From Epiperipatus broadwayi (Eukaryota; Animalia; Onychophora), in NCBI GenBank assembly GCA_028023455.1, contig JAQFVV010000005.1, forward strand, positions 13,640,001 through 13,704,000: a DNA stretch of 64,000 nt, written 5' to 3'. Of the stretch, positions 1 to 14,638 are shown in pieces. How positions within the stretch are numbered: position 1 is the first letter of the stretch; each line of letters starts with the position of its first letter. The notes beneath the pieces are model-generated. The model saw nothing but the letters and a program-made list of their open reading frames with translations, searched no databases and was not told where the DNA came from. Position numbers and translations under genes: made by a program.

Positions 1-1385
1 GCCACAATATTATCTAGGATGTAACTGATTATAACTACATTAATGAATACAAATCAGTTAAAATAACAATAAGATCTCAAAACAGCGAGTTGGGAGTAAC
101 AAATTCAATTAATTAATATTTACTAAAATAAAACCAAGATAATGTATACTCATGGTTTTGAGTTATTTGGCATATTAAAATATGTATATAATAAAAATGA
201 TAAAAATATTAAGATAAATTGAAATAAAATAAATAGGCATATAAAAAACTACAGCAATTTAGACTAAATTAAGTTATTACAGTGTGTTACAATTTTAAAA
301 AGATCATTTTAAAATCATAAGTTTTAATTTCAGACAAGACTGAGTTTTACATTAATTTAAAAAATTATAGAACAAATACAGAACGTTCATTTTACTTTAT
401 AGCTAGCTTCGATAAATTAAAATTGAAAGATCAAAAGTTCATAATTAGAGTTCTGCTGCAATTAAAAATGATACCAATTCTCTTAGTGGCAGCTTCAGGC
501 AAACTGGATTCTGGTGTTGGCACTATTCATGGGTAGATGGCTTGGTGTCAATCGGGATCTTACAATAGGCTGCTGGCTGGAACGCTATTCATCGCACCTA
601 TGATGGCTAACTGTGACATGTTAAAGGGGATCATGTCCCGTCGGAAAAGTGGCAAGCCTATGCCCTCTACTCCGCATGTTAAATTTCAAACAGGCATGGA
701 TTCTGTTGACCATTCTAATATTAGCAAAACAGTATATATATTATTAAAAATTGAACTATTTATATGATTTTATCCTTGGCCATCTGCTTGTTGACAAGAT
801 TGCAGGCTGTTGGAAAATCCATTAGCACATCAGTGAGATTTAACATTTAATTTCTAAATTTTAACTTTAGTTTTGCTTCAATTTTAAATGTCTATTAGTA
901 TTGTTCAATAGTGCCAGTTAAATGCACATTATTTACAACTTTATTAATTTTAAGAAAAATATTGTAAATTTAACATTTCAAATTTAGACATGGTGGCTTA
1001 ATTAAAATTATTTACAACTAGTTTAAAACCTAACAAAATTAATAATGGGTAAAAAACGAATTTTTCGCTATATATGTATGATGGTGGTACCTGGAATAAA
1101 CTCAATATATATGCTATCTAGGTAAAATAAAATAGATTAATAATTTAGATTGAATCGCTTTCTAAACCGTGCGACTTTTAAAAGTAAATATATACCTGTA
1201 ATATATATATATGTCAATTTGATTAGATTTAACATTCATATATATATATATATGTATTATCATACATATATAACTGTTTGTAGTTGTTTATATAAGTACA
1301 CTAAGAGGATTTAAATATGGCATAGGTATATGTGTTAGGGAAAAATAGGTGAAACAGGCGAAGCGATCAAAATTGACTGTTTCTA
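1..1385 (-). repeat. Diverged minus-strand copy of LTR family A (5' half), running off the left edge
   Basis: Reverse complement of ~1290-1385 matches the LTR start at 8419 (gaaacagtca...ctgtttcacctatttt). Reverse complements of 130-190 and 300-460 match LTR-A segments at ~9540-9600 and ~9265-9410. Confidence 0.6.
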
Positions 1386-1960
1386 TTGGAATCTAAATGC
1401 AAACAATTTCACACTTAAACCTAATAAATAAAGTATAATATATTACAAAATTCTGAAATGATATTATAATAAACAATTTATAATTTCAAAATTACACATT
1501 TAACAGAAGATGATGGTCACATGCTCCAACTAAAACAAACAAAAAAAAAAGGAAATATTAAAAGACAAAAAATAAACAGCTGTAAAATTGAATCCTTACC
1601 AAAAGGTTTCCATAAAAAATTCCAATTGCAGATCCAATAGATTTTACATTTGTAAAAAAAAAAAAAAAGTATCAAATATATATATTCAAAAAAACAACCA
1701 AATAATTAATTTTTTTTTTTCTCATGAACTTTTGTGCATAAATCATACTTACAAAGCTTATAATATATTAAACTTTTTTAGTCAAGATTTTGAAATAGAT
1801 CGTAGTCAATTAGTCATAATTTGTCTGATTATTATACGTTATAATTATATTAATTTATTTAATTATTATAGTAAGATTTATTGCTAACTTTTTTCTTGGA
1901 TTAGTCAAATTCCCTTTCTCTAATATACTTTTTTCACTATATCTTTTAGATATTATATAA

Positions 1961-2314
1961 AGAGTTCACAAAACAAACTCTTAACAAGCTTTGAGAATAC
2001 CCTCAACCCCAGACCGGTTTCTGCATCTAGCATCGTCAGTGAGGTGTTAGGATATTCATTAGATAAAAAATACTAGGACTAGCCCAGCACTTTATCTAAT
2101 GTATAACTATTGAGAAGAAAATCTGAAATTTTCAGACATCTATATGTCTAAAAATCCAGCTATCTAACTCAAATAGCCATATGGGACTGAACTAAGTTCA
2201 GATACACCATATATTAATAGCTCTAGCAATATAAAATCGCCAAAGCCTTAGTAGCAAAAAATAAATTGATAAAAAAAAAAAAAAAGCTTGTTAAGAGTTT
2301 GTTTTGCGAACTCT
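1961..2314. mobile_element. MITE-like element bounded by ~32-bp terminal inverted repeats
   Basis: agagttcacaaaacaaactcttaacaagcttt (1961-1992) versus aaagcttgttaagagtttgttttgcgaactct (2283-2314), 1 mismatch. Flanks are TA-rich and there is no internal ORF. Confidence 0.5.
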
Positions 2315-4639
2315 ATATATAACATTTGTAACACGAGCTTTATTAAAATTAGGTCATGTGACATCTGACTTGATTTTTTTTTTATCTTTTAGATATATGA
2401 TTATTATTTAATGATATAAACTATAATATTCTTTCTTATCATTTACCAATCAAAGTCTGACTGTTACATCCTAACATGTAGGAAGATAAAGTATTAAGGT
2501 AGAATAAGTAAAGATGTAAAATGCATTGTGCATATAGGTATATATTGCAAATTAAATCAGAATTATACTTAAGAATATTATTTATAAATAGAGACAAGTC
2601 ATGTATTCCTGCCTGTATTCAGTCTAGAAAAATGTAAAACATGCACAAATAGCTTAAAAGATGTGTGTTGATAATTAACTACTAAGAAATTATGTAAAAT
2701 TGAAGTGTTTGGAAAACCAAATAATGTATTTTCATACCTGATTAAAGATTACTAGATATCACATTATTTCAGAATGACAATAGGAGTGAAGAGGATATAA
2801 ATCCTATATCCATAACACACTAAGTTAATTCCTGACTCAGTAGATTCTTCAAGACTACTCCCTCAGAGAGTACCGAAACAGGAAATAATGTACAGCTAAT
2901 GCCTTTTATTCTATTGTATATGTCTTGAGATATTATTATGTGTGAATATAATATAAATCATATTTTATAATAAAGAATCTAATTAAACTCATTATTATTT
3001 CTTACTTTTGATATATATATATTGTAACAGTATGAATATACACGCATTGTGCAGGTGTGTGTGTATATACGAGTTACATAATTCACTTTTTTATTTACTA
3101 AAAAAATATAAAATTTAAAAAAATATATATCAGAATCAATAGCTTGAAAATATAGAAGTTAAAATACAGGGAAATTTAGAGATAAGTTAGAAACGAATAA
3201 TTATAACTTGTCTTTCTTTTATACATTATGATCTGTTAAAAATATTCTTTAGGAAAAAAGTGTTTTTAATTAAAATAATCAAAGGGTTTTTTATTATTAA
3301 TTAAATAGTTGTACAAAAATAATCAGATTCTGGAGATTAAAATTCCAGACTGATTAGTTCAACTAATTCAAATCTCTGCAATTAAAATTAAAAAACAGAT
3401 CATAAAGAAATGAAAATTATAATTAAATTTTTTTAAGATAAGATGTATTGATAATGTGGCAAAAACTCTAGCAAAGGTGGAGTCAGATAATATAAAAGGC
3501 ATACATTCTCTATTGTCTTCAATTCAGCTAGAGTCAATTAGAGTTCAGTTGGAGTTGAGTTAAGTTTGAATTAGGAGTTCAGTTTGTGTTACTAAAGAGA
3601 ATGATTGGCTAAAACCGAACGTTGTGTTTGGTCAATTTCTCCGTTCTTCTCTCGTGTGCCATTTAGCAAAATTCTATAATAAATTACCCTGACTCACCTT
3701 CTGCCGAAATTTCAACCTGCCCTACTAAATTAAGTGAAAATTATGTAAACCAGGCCATCAAGAACAAGAAACCAAGAAGCTGTCTTTCAGTTAGAAATAC
3801 CAATGCCAGGACCAAAAAACTAACCGGATACGAGGACAAAAGGGGTGATCACCCAACTACAAAAAAATCCAAGAACTATGATACCTACCATGGATCCCAA
3901 AAACTATTTAAACTGCCTATCAAAGACAATGTTGAACAATAAATAAATTCCAAAAGCCGCACTATAAATGCTAGGTAAATATTTATTGATATCAGGATTA
4001 AAACTTTTAAATTTTATTCATTATCCTAAGCATGCAAAATTTGTTAAATGTATTTCTTATGTGTTTACATTTTAATTATGTCTTATTATTATTACATTCA
4101 TAATTATTATCATTTTTTTTAAATAAAATTTTGTTTAAAATTATTAATGTCATTTTTTCCATCTCTCTCTCTCTCTCCATTCATAAGTAAATGTGTAGTC
4201 GGTCTAATGTGAAGAACTAGCCATGGGTCAAGCGCTTGAAACATGTTAGTGACATCTCATGGGTTCCAATCTCAGTATTGGATGGTGCCCTGGGTTTTAA
4301 ATCTGTTATAAATTTCCCCAAGGGATGTTTCATGCAGCCAGGGAACTACTTCGGTCTGGAAAGATGAATGTTGGTTAAATATTTTATTAAATCGCAGTCT
4401 GACCAGGGGTATGATTGATATGTAGGTATTAATCATATTTACTCTACTGCTTGAGTATCAGGTTTTTAAAAAGGTGTTTCTGCAAAAAAATATATTATAA
4501 AATTAGAATAGAAAGTTTTTAAAATTAAAAAGTGCAAGTTGTAAAAGTTTTAAAAAGTCAAAAGTTTAATTAAGTTCTTAATTCCTGTTACAATATATAT
4601 GCTACTATAGCTCATGAGCCCCCAACGAGGAGAATGAAT

Positions 4640-5251
4640 ATGGCATATTAATAAAGACATAGACTTAAATACCGCACATTATTTTTATTAAACACTTATA
4701 ATGAGATATGTACAACCTAATCTCATTAACTATGTAACGCCTGTGAGCATAATCTTCCACATTCCAATTGCATAAATTTTGTACATTTTAGTTTTAATAT
4801 CTTTTATTTTCTTTATTAAATGAATATTATTTAAAATTTAACTCGTTTTCATGTCCTTACTGTCCGTGAATTCATTTTTCATCTAACTCCATATTAGTTT
4901 GTATCTGCATTATATATATATATATATAGACCACTTTATTAGGTTTAGTAGTTAATCATTAATATAGTAACGGTTCTCTTAGCCATATGTGTATACATCC
5001 AACTAATTCAATATTGATTTAGTTATTCCATGAGTCTTGTGGTCCACCCTGATGCTACTGCTGGACCGTGGTTAAATTGAATGCATGTGTAATTTAGGAA
5101 ATGTCATCCATAGGGTATTAAATCATTGAACAGGGTGAAAGGATTGAACATTGAATGGATTCAGATCTTACCATCTAGACTCGATCAGCTTTAGTGTATT
5201 TTACTTGTGTTCTAAATTTTGTTGCGTGGATATACAAATCTTAATGTTACA
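4640..5251 (+). repeat. 3' portion of LTR family A (probable truncated 5' LTR of the 6.8-8.4 kb element)
   Basis: Colinear and highly similar to 10590-11206 and 45450-46043, and ends at the same ...ttaca terminus. Confidence 0.75.
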
Positions 5252-6834
5252 TTTTCCCCCCTGGTTCTGGCACAGCAACATGTGGCTACGGTTATTTTCC
5301 ACAACCCTGAATTATTTATTTTCCATACTCTATTGTGGGATACACTGAAGCAATAAAATTGGTTATACATATTTTGCTTCACTGTCTGGTGATCTTAGAA
5401 ACCTTCAACCAGAGGTTCAAACCCATTTTTATACTTAATCACTAGGGAGTGCAAGTACACATATACACATGATTACCTCCCCTGTTCTGTAAGTTAAACA
5501 GTCATTTGAATAAATAATAGTTTTAATTCAGAAATATTTAAATTTCCACAATAATCGTATATGTATCACAGATAGCTGCAAATATTGTAAATCATATTAT
5601 ATTTTATTAAATATTTCATTTTTTTTTATAATTCATTTATTTTTATTAAGCTGATATAATACCAGAGCAAGTTCTAGAGAGTAATTAACATAACTGAAAT
5701 TTGTAAACAAAAGAACGTACCTCGTTCAATTTAAAAATGTCAATAGTAAAGTAATTTATTTTAGAAATTCTGTTAATGGAAAATATATCTCATGAATCTA
5801 TTTCCAAACTTGAAATAGATTGAAACAATACTCTCTAGAACTTATCTCGTCATCTTTAAAATGTAACTGTTAACAAAGGATAAGTGCAGGCAAGCCAGTC
5901 AATGCATATCCGGGTCGCACCAGCAGCAGGGCAATAGAAATTTCCAGAAGGTTTTGGTAGTATATAAATACAGTCCAAAATTCTATGCTAGTCATTCTGT
6001 GGTTTATTTTCAAAAGGTTTGGAAGAATGAACCTATGTCACTCAAATTTTTAAAATGACTTCCGAGTAGTGGGAGAAATTTGCTTTCCCGATCTTTTCAA
6101 GATCGCCTTCATACCGCTATACCATCGCCACTTAAAGACTGTCCTAATTAAATGTTAATTTAACTCTTAAAAGATGTCATTATTTCTCCAAAAATCTGCA
6201 TCGCTGACCATGTTTTTCCAAGTTATTTTTCCATATGCATATCAACCCATATGGCCATCAAATTGTCAAAAAACAGAAGGTAATCCTGTCTGTCCCATCA
6301 ATATGAACTCTTAAAATCTCCATCTGTATTTTAATTTGTTTAATCGGTGATGTAGTGCCGAATATTATAAATCTCTAAGCATATTTGCTGGGTTTCACTA
6401 TTTGTCTTATTATTTTAAATGTGGCAACGTCTAACTTTATTTTATATTTGATTTAATATGCTAATAATTCAATCTAGCGAACTGATCTTATCTTAAATTT
6501 CTATTCTGCCATTATGGAATTTTAAAGACTTAAATGTAAGCTTTCTTACCAAACTCAAAGTTCACTCGATTGAATAATCTTATTAAATTGTTTTATGTGC
6601 TAAGGGCAGAGTATTCGCTGTCATATTTTAAGATATCAATTTATTACTATATTAATGCTATTGACTTAATTAATTTTAATATTGTATAATATAAAGCTTA
6701 CTGACCTTACCTTTTGTATAATTAATCATTTGCATCCCTCGCAATCTAGCGTGATAATTTTATGTAATTTTCTACTCATTAAGTGCATTAATATTTGTTT
6801 AATGAAGGGAACTATATATTATCTCTTTATACTT

Positions 6835-8079
6835 AGTAGACACCCAGTAGAAATTGAACAATATCACCCAACAATAAAAGGCCAACCATTGGTGTTGGTG
6901 ACCAATATGATAGACGGCTCAATCAAGAGGGACCTTAGAGGCCTTCTTTCCCGGCAAAAAAGACATCCTGAATATCTAGAAATTATGAAGATACTCAAAC
7001 AGGCATGTAAATTTATTCGGAGCGATAATAGGAACCAGGGGAGGTGTACCCAGATTAGAAATGGGGTATTACAGAAAGCTATCCTTTGAGTATTATAATC
7101 CCTCCCAGACTAAGGAAGCACCTAGTTTACTATGTACATTGCATTACGGGAGACTATGGTCCTCGGAAGACTGAAGAGGCCATTAGACAGCAATTTTGCT
7201 GGGCTAATTTGTAGGCAGATATCTTAAGAACCCTATGCCAATGTGTAATATGTGCCTGCAATAAACCACCCAATAGGTCATACCAGGGTTCTTTGAGACC
7301 CATTATCCCATCAGCACCAAATAAATTCTTGGCGTTAGACTATTATGGACTGCTACCACCCTTTCGCCAATACCGTTTTTTGTTAGTTACCTATAATCTA
7401 TTTTCAAAATATTTTCAAGCATATCCAATACAGAAGGCTGACTCAGGTTGTGCAATAAAAGTTTTACAAGATCTGCAGTTTTCAATCATCGGAAAACCTA
7501 AGCAGATCCTTTTCAGCCATGGGTCCACTTTTGTCGGGTAAATGGAAACGATGGGTGACATGGATGGGTAAAGAACACCTTGACTTCCATAAAAAATCCC
7601 CAGTCTAACCCATGTGAGAAGATGAAAGTAATCACTTATACCATACACATTTAAATGCTAACCGTAAGGGGTAGGTAAGCCGATCCGATGAAGTATCCCA
7701 ATATATTAATAATACGGTAAACGATCTGTGACGTTTACACTTTGGGAGTAGAACCAACCTGTGATCAAGATGCCATTATCAGACAAATCCGGATGCATTA
7801 ACCAAGACAGGGATTTGTATGCTGTGAGAATAAAGTTGTGACAAAAGGCCATAAAAAGAATGCTCAGGGAAAAGTACTATCAGTTTAGGGAAGAAAACAA
7901 GGTGTGGGTTAGGACACCTAGGCCTAGTAACAGACTCCACAGGGAATACAAGAAAATTTCCTACTGTATTGAGGCCCATATTGAATTTAAGAGATTATGG
8001 AAATAATTCGTATGTGTTGGAAGGTAAGGACACAGTCATAGGAGTTTACAATGCCTGTTGCCTGAAACCACATAAGTGA
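6835..8079 (+). pseudogene. Ty3/Gypsy-type integrase remnant (Zn-binding, rve core, GPY/F module), disrupted
   Basis: Translations: YVHCITGDYGPRKTEEAIRQQFCWANL...CVIC (HHCC region); RPIIPSAPNKFLALDYYGLLP...FSKYFQAYPI...KPKQILFSHGSTF (rve core); RVWVRTP...GPY...NNSYVL (C-terminal module). Contains stops and frameshifts. Confidence 0.85.
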
Positions 8080-8418
8080 ACCCCTTGATCCTATCTGAAC
8101 TAAACCCTAAAAGGTGTATGGATCAAACCCTCCCTTCTCACTCATAGCTTAACTAACAAAACCTCACTCATAGCTTAAAGAAAATTTTGTTTTGGTATTA
8201 TTATTTTAAAATAGATATTTTCTAATTAATTTAGTTAGATGTGTTTATCTTGTATATAAGTTTTCTTCATTAGATGGAGCATGGGAGTATTAGCAAAGCA
8301 TAGGATACGTTCAAGCAAGAATAAACTTAAAACTAGTTGTTAATTTGAATCCCAAGATCAATCTTTGTATGTAATTGAAAATTAAGTCAAGGCATGTTTT
8401 TTTTTAAGTTTGGGGATA

Positions 8419-11206
8419 TGAAACAGTCAGTTTCAACCACTTGTCTGTTTCACCTATTTTACCCTCACACCTATATCTATGCAAGATTTAAACCCTTTAG
8501 GAGTATCCATCTAAACCTTAAATTACTATATATGCAGGATCACACATATATATGCGAGTGGTAAGTCTGTAATTAAAATGCTATATGTATATATTACAGA
8601 TGAATTTTTATTTTAAAAATTTGTGAATTTAAAAGACAATGTAATCTAAATTATTAGTCAATTTAATAGTTTATTTTATTGAAATCGTTACCATTCTACA
8701 TATATAGTAATAGAATTAGTTTTATATTAATTATAAATGCAGCTTTTAGCTTTAGTTATTAACAACTTTTAATTAGGCCACAGTATAGCGTGAGTCTAAT
8801 TTTATAAATCCAAAATTTTAATAACAATTCTCAGAATTTTATAAAGTTGCAAACAAAATGTAGTCGACCGGTAATAATAAACCAAGGGAGAAAAGGGTTG
8901 GAAAAACAGAATATTAGTTAGTAATTAAATATGGTTTTGTAAAATGAGTTAATGTAAACAACCAGATGGTCAGAATTAATAAAATTTATAAATAGTTCAA
9001 ATTTTGTAGTCAAAAGGAAAGTCATATATTATAATTGAGTCATAAGTTTGAATCCATGCATGTTTTACCTTTGAAATGGTGGGGTAAGTAAGCAACTGCT
9101 TACCGCATCATCCTTGCTGGGAATGGGAGCATGGTCCTCTAAAATATGATGAACTATAACTCAGCAAAGCAGCCCCATAGTGGAAAGATCTCCAGAAACA
9201 TCCAACCATCGAAGAGTGCCAATTATATCATCTCCATGTGCCTGAAACTGCAATAACTTAATAAATTTCTGCAGAGCTCTGTTGATAAACTGTAACTTTC
9301 AATTATCTATCTAAAGCTAGATATTTATCAAATCTGCCTTTATAAATCCATTTACTAGAATCTGTAAAGAAAGCTTTTAAACACTAATTTCTGTAAAACT
9401 CAATCTTGTCTGAATATAAAATTTATAATGTAAAATTCACTTCTAAAATGTAAATTTCTAATAATCTACTTTAAGCTATGTATATCATTTTCTGTGGTCT
9501 TTTATGCAGATTTTGATCTATTCCATTTATTTTATAATATTATCATTTTAATATTACATGTATGTAATATGCCAAATAACTCGAAACTGCGAGTATATAT
9601 ATATAATTTTAATCTATTTCTCTGCGAAGATAATTTCAAATCTACATGATAATAAACATTAAATTGAATTATTACTTTTTCACTTGCCATTTCGAGAACA
9701 TATTGTTTAACTGATTAGTTTTATGAATTAATATTATAATGATCAATGATGATCTAGTTAAAATCGTAGTTTGCTCAGCTCTAGTTATATATTATAGCTT
9801 TCTATGTATGTAATCTGTACATCATAAGAACTAGCCACAGGAATATTATCAAAGCATGTTTATAATGTTTTGTCCTCCTTAGATTTATATGTGAGAAATG
9901 CAGGTAATAATCTTAAACTAGGTTACTAATTAACTTAGTCCCTAAATAGTATATTTGAAATACTAAACTTGAGATCTGGGTTGTATAGATATGCGAATAA
10001 AAGCTATCTATTTTAAGGCACGCTAAGTTAATTTCAATGTATTTGCATTATATATGTGTATGTTGCGAATGTGTCCTTACTAAGTTCATCATGTACACTA
10101 ACTGATTGTTGCATGTTACTTGATAAGTCACTGGCAGAGGTCACACTTATCCACTTAGTTTGGGTAAAGCAAACTCTTAGAACTGGAACACAAGAGTCCA
10201 GAATATTAATATTAATGCTTATCCGACTCCCAAAACTATTATTGTTCTTTTTCATAGTGTCATTCGGTCTTAGGGTACTGAGCATTTGATGCCGAAGTCC
10301 GTGAACAATGACCCATTCATACCTAGTTTTATTAATATTTTAATGTGTCCTAGTGTATTTAAGTTAATCTAGATTAAACCAGTTTTCTCTCCCTTTATGT
10401 TAAATGCTTATTCAGTGTTAGGATAAACCATAATCTAGGTTAACACGCTAACCTGTGTATCTTCGAGCCTGATTATATGCTCAATTTAATGTTGTATATA
10501 GATAGACCCTACAGAAGCACTACAAGATTAGTTATATAACTTTGTGTAATATGTTCCATATGACTTAGCGAACTACAAAAGAGCTACAATTTGGTATATT
10601 AATATAAACATAGACTTGAATACCACACATCATTTTTATTAAACACTTATAGTGAGACAATATGTACAACGTAATCTCATTAACTATGCAATGCCTGCGA
10701 GCGGAATCTTACACATTCCAATTGCATAATTTTGTACATTTTAGTTTTAATATCTTTTATTTTCTTTATTAAATTAATATTATTTAAAATATAACTCATT
10801 TCATGTCGTTATTGTCCGTTAATTCATTTTTCATCCAACTCCATATTAGTTTGTACGTGCATCATTATATATATATATATATATATACAGATGACTTTAT
10901 TAGGTTAATCATTAATATAGTAATGGTTCACTTAGCCATATGTGTATATATCCAACTAATTCAGTGTCAATTTAGTTATTCCATGAGGCTTGTGGTTCAC
11001 CCTGATGCTACTGCCGGACCATGGTTAAACTGAATGTATGTGTAATTTAGGAAATGTCATCCATAGGCTATTAAGTCATTGAGCAGGAGTGAAAGGATTG
11101 AATGTTGGTCAGATTCTGGATCTTTCCATCTAGACTTGATCAGCTTTAGTGTATTTTACCTGTGTTCTGGATTTTGTTGCATGGATGTATAAATCTTATC
11201 ATTACA
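8419..11206 (+). repeat. Full-length LTR of family A (~2.8 kb), 3' LTR of the upstream Gypsy-like remnant
   Basis: Starts TGAAACAG after ttttaagtttggggata (weak PPT) and ends ATCATTACA. Colinear along its length with 43117-46043. Confidence 0.75.
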
Positions 11207-12674
11207 ATATATAACCCCACATTTTTCAGCACTCAAAATCTCTCAGATCATATATCTAAGCAATTATACCACAGGAAGCTATGTCCATTGAAAATTTGAC
11301 ATGAGTGGCTAGGAAGGCCCCAAACTTTCAGTCTTCCTATGAAAGACGTGACCTTCAGCCCATCCTGCAGGCTACACAGCAATCATCATCACTGCCAGGA
11401 TGGAGTTCAATATCACCAGCTGCCAAGATGAGACATCAAGGAAGAGCAACCTATCCAGAGAAATGAGTGTCTATTCCAAATGCCGAACAACTCTAGAAGC
11501 AGTAATATTCATCACCACAGAGCTCTAAAAATCTATTACATTTATAATATTTTAATCATCTAACTATGAACCTTCATAAAGTCATAATTCTTAATTAAAA
11601 CTTTGCTTAAAATAAATCTATAAATGTAACTGCAAAAGCTTGCCTATCAATGTAACTTTAAAACAAGTTTTTAAATTGTAATAACTAAATCATTTAATTT
11701 AACCTTTTTTTAAATCGGAGGCCATGCCTAATCTCTATTAATTATTTGATTTCATTTTATATTCATGTGCTATGTTATGTCTTCATTTCAAAGCAGACTA
11801 ATTAATATAAACCTTTGGGAAGATATGATTAGAAGTTTCTCCAGTAAAATGTTTTATTGCTTTTTATATAAATCGCAGCTTTGCAATCTATTCTAGCATA
11901 TAACAGATTGCTATGTGTTTGTTGTTATATACATTTTACTTATGCTGACATATATTAGTTTGTTAGAGGTTTGCAATTATTGACTTCATTGAATAATAGC
12001 TAGAGATGATATTGCAAACATATTTGTAATTATTATAATACTGAAATATGTTTTCCCCTCCCTAGTTAATTATAAAGGAATATATACAGATTCCATTTAT
12101 TAAAACTAGATTACTATTAATGAACCCCTCTTAGCATGATTAAGATATGCTAATTTGAGAACTGGGTTGATGTAGTTTCTGCAATGAAACTATAGATTTA
12201 AGCATATTTTAAATTATGTTTAATATATTACTATTATTTATAAGTGTTGAAAATGTGTTTTTACTAAGTACAATTGTGCATTATGCCTTGCTATGCTTCC
12301 TTTTAAATAGGTTCATGGAGACAGGCCATCCCATTATTTGGTTGGGACAGCTAGACTTCTAGAAGTGGAATACAAAGGTCCAGAACCATATGTACAGTAG
12401 ATCCGACACACCAAAATATGTTCTATATTGCGCTAGTAAGTCATACCGCAATGGGTACTGAATCCAGAGAATAACTGCAAGTTCATACTGCAATCTTTAA
12501 TGCAGCATTTAGCGCCAGTCTATGATGCCAATTTACAGTAACCAGTTCATTCCACCCTATTAGTTAACTTAGACATTGGTCCAAACTTTGGAATCTGGTT
12601 TGCCAAGGGAATCTGTATTCGAGCATATTAATTGCTCACTGATAATTTAGAATTGGAAAATTAATGCTTTATAT

Positions 12675-14638
12675 CAGGGGTCCCCAACCATATGCCTGCG
12701 GCACCTTGGTACCCACAGACCATTTTACATGTGCCCACTGTTATCTGATCACGAGAAAAAAATATTTATCTGATACAAATAAATTTAATTTTTAAAATTT
12801 CTTGTAATCAAATTGTAGGCCATACTATACTTTTTCAGCGTAAGAGTATCTTTCAGTCCGCCAAGTGCGGTCTTTCTCTGCATACTGCACTAGCCCAGAA
12901 TAAGTAAAGTTAACAGACACCAATCTCTCTGCTTTGTGCATGTTTATAAATTGTATCTGTGCATACAAGTTTGACATTTTGAGAGTCGAATTCAGAATGA
13001 ATTGAATTACTCTTTATTTTTCAAAGATCAAATTTCAAAAATTTTAACCCCAAAATGAGTAAAAGACAAAGAACCTATAATTTTAATACTGACTGGGAAG
13101 AATCACATTGTTTCATCAATATTAAAGATAAATATGTTTGTTTGTTGTGTGGCAAAAGTGTTGCAGTGGCGAAAAAACATAATATTGAACATCACTTCCA
13201 GACAACCCATTCCACTTTTAATACCAGCTATCCACTTAAATCTAAATTAAGAAAGAAAAAAATATCTCAACTAAAGTCAAACCTGTCTGCCCAACAGTCA
13301 GTTTTCACTAGGCCAGTGTAAAATCTAAAAATACCATTATTGCTTCTTTGAAAATTTCTCACATGCTCGCAAAGAATAAAAAGCCTTTCCAGGATGGGGA
13401 ATTGTTAAAAGAAGCATTTCTGACTGGTGATAATTACTTATTTGAGGGATTTTCCAACAAACATGAGATTACGTCAGCAATACAAGACTTACAGTTGTCT
13501 GATAACACCGTCATAAGAATACACAATATTTCAAAAGACTTGCAAACTCGATTATAGAGTGATTTGGAGATATATGAATGGTTTTCTCACTACCATTTGA
13601 CAAGTCTACAGACATAACAGATACAGCACAGTAGTTATGGTGAGAATGATATTTAGTGATTTTAGTGTAAAAGAATTACTAGAAATATTACCAATGAAAG
13701 GATGAACAGGCGAGGATATTTACAACATATTCTTAACAAATGCAAAATCGATATATTTGCCTTTGCACAAGCTGCCAGTGATAATCACTGATGGAGCACC
13801 AGCAATGGTTGGTAATATCAATGGATTTATCGCCACTGCAAGAAAGACAAATCATTTCCTAATTTTATGTCTTACCATTGCATTATCCATCAGGAAGTTT
13901 TGTGGTGCAACACGTCATGAAAGACCTATTGGAAAATTCTGAAGAGCCAGATCTTGTACTTCATAGTAAAGTACATTGGCTTAATAAGGGTAAAACTCTT
14001 TCAAGATTTGTCAATTTATTTGAAGAAATAAAAAATTATCTCAATTCTAAAAATCAAAATTTTGTTAAATTAACGAACTCTTCCTGGCTTGTGGATTTGG
14101 GTTTCATCACAGATATGAAAAAAATGACAGGCGACACTGAAATTGACTTTTCATCATTTGTTGTCAGTCTTCAATTACTTCAAAACCAGTTTGAAAAACA
14201 ATTTCAACAGTTTAATATCATTAAGCCAATGGTCACCTTTTTTTGTCAATCCTTTTATTTGCCAAGTAAATGTAACCGAAATAGCTGCACAAATTGCAGA
14301 GCTTGTTGAAGTTAGGGAAGAAGAACTGAGTGATGAACATCTTGATGATTGCCTCTGAGCAGGAATATTATCATACTCCCCTAATTATGAAGCAAATGCC
14401 AATGAAGTGCAATGCCAAAGATCACACTGACTTGTAATATTATATATAATTTAGTAATTTGCATAAAAAATATAAATGTTAATTATATGTTAATTTTGAA
14501 ATAAATATTTTTTTGTACATTATGTGTATTATTAACAATATCCAACTATAAATTTGCATTGAAAAAATAAATGGTGCCCACCATCTGGCCAGTATTATAG
14601 AATGTACTCTTTAAGTGCAAAAAAGTTGGGGACCCCTG
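12675..14638 (+). mobile_element. hAT-superfamily DNA transposon (SPIN/Charlie/GTF2IRD2-like), 1964 bp
   Basis: Perfect 14-bp TIRs caggggtccccaac / gttggggacccctg. Perfect 8-bp TSD CTTTATAT at 12667-12674 and 14639-14646. Internal transposase remnant. Confidence 0.95.
13055..14358 (+). pseudogene. hAT transposase, frameshifted and internally deleted
   Basis: ORF pieces MSKRQRTYNFNTDWEESHCF...CLLCGKSVAVAKKHNIEHHFQTTH (Zn-finger N-terminus), KKPFQDGELLKEAF, ITDGAPAMVG (catalytic D) and HSKVHWLNKGKTLSRF. Confidence 0.9.

Noticed and set aside
1588-1887. 99-aa ORF and similar short AT-rich ORFs in the track
   Set aside because: Non-ATG starts, homopolymer-driven K/F/I/N composition and no homology cues; treated as noise.
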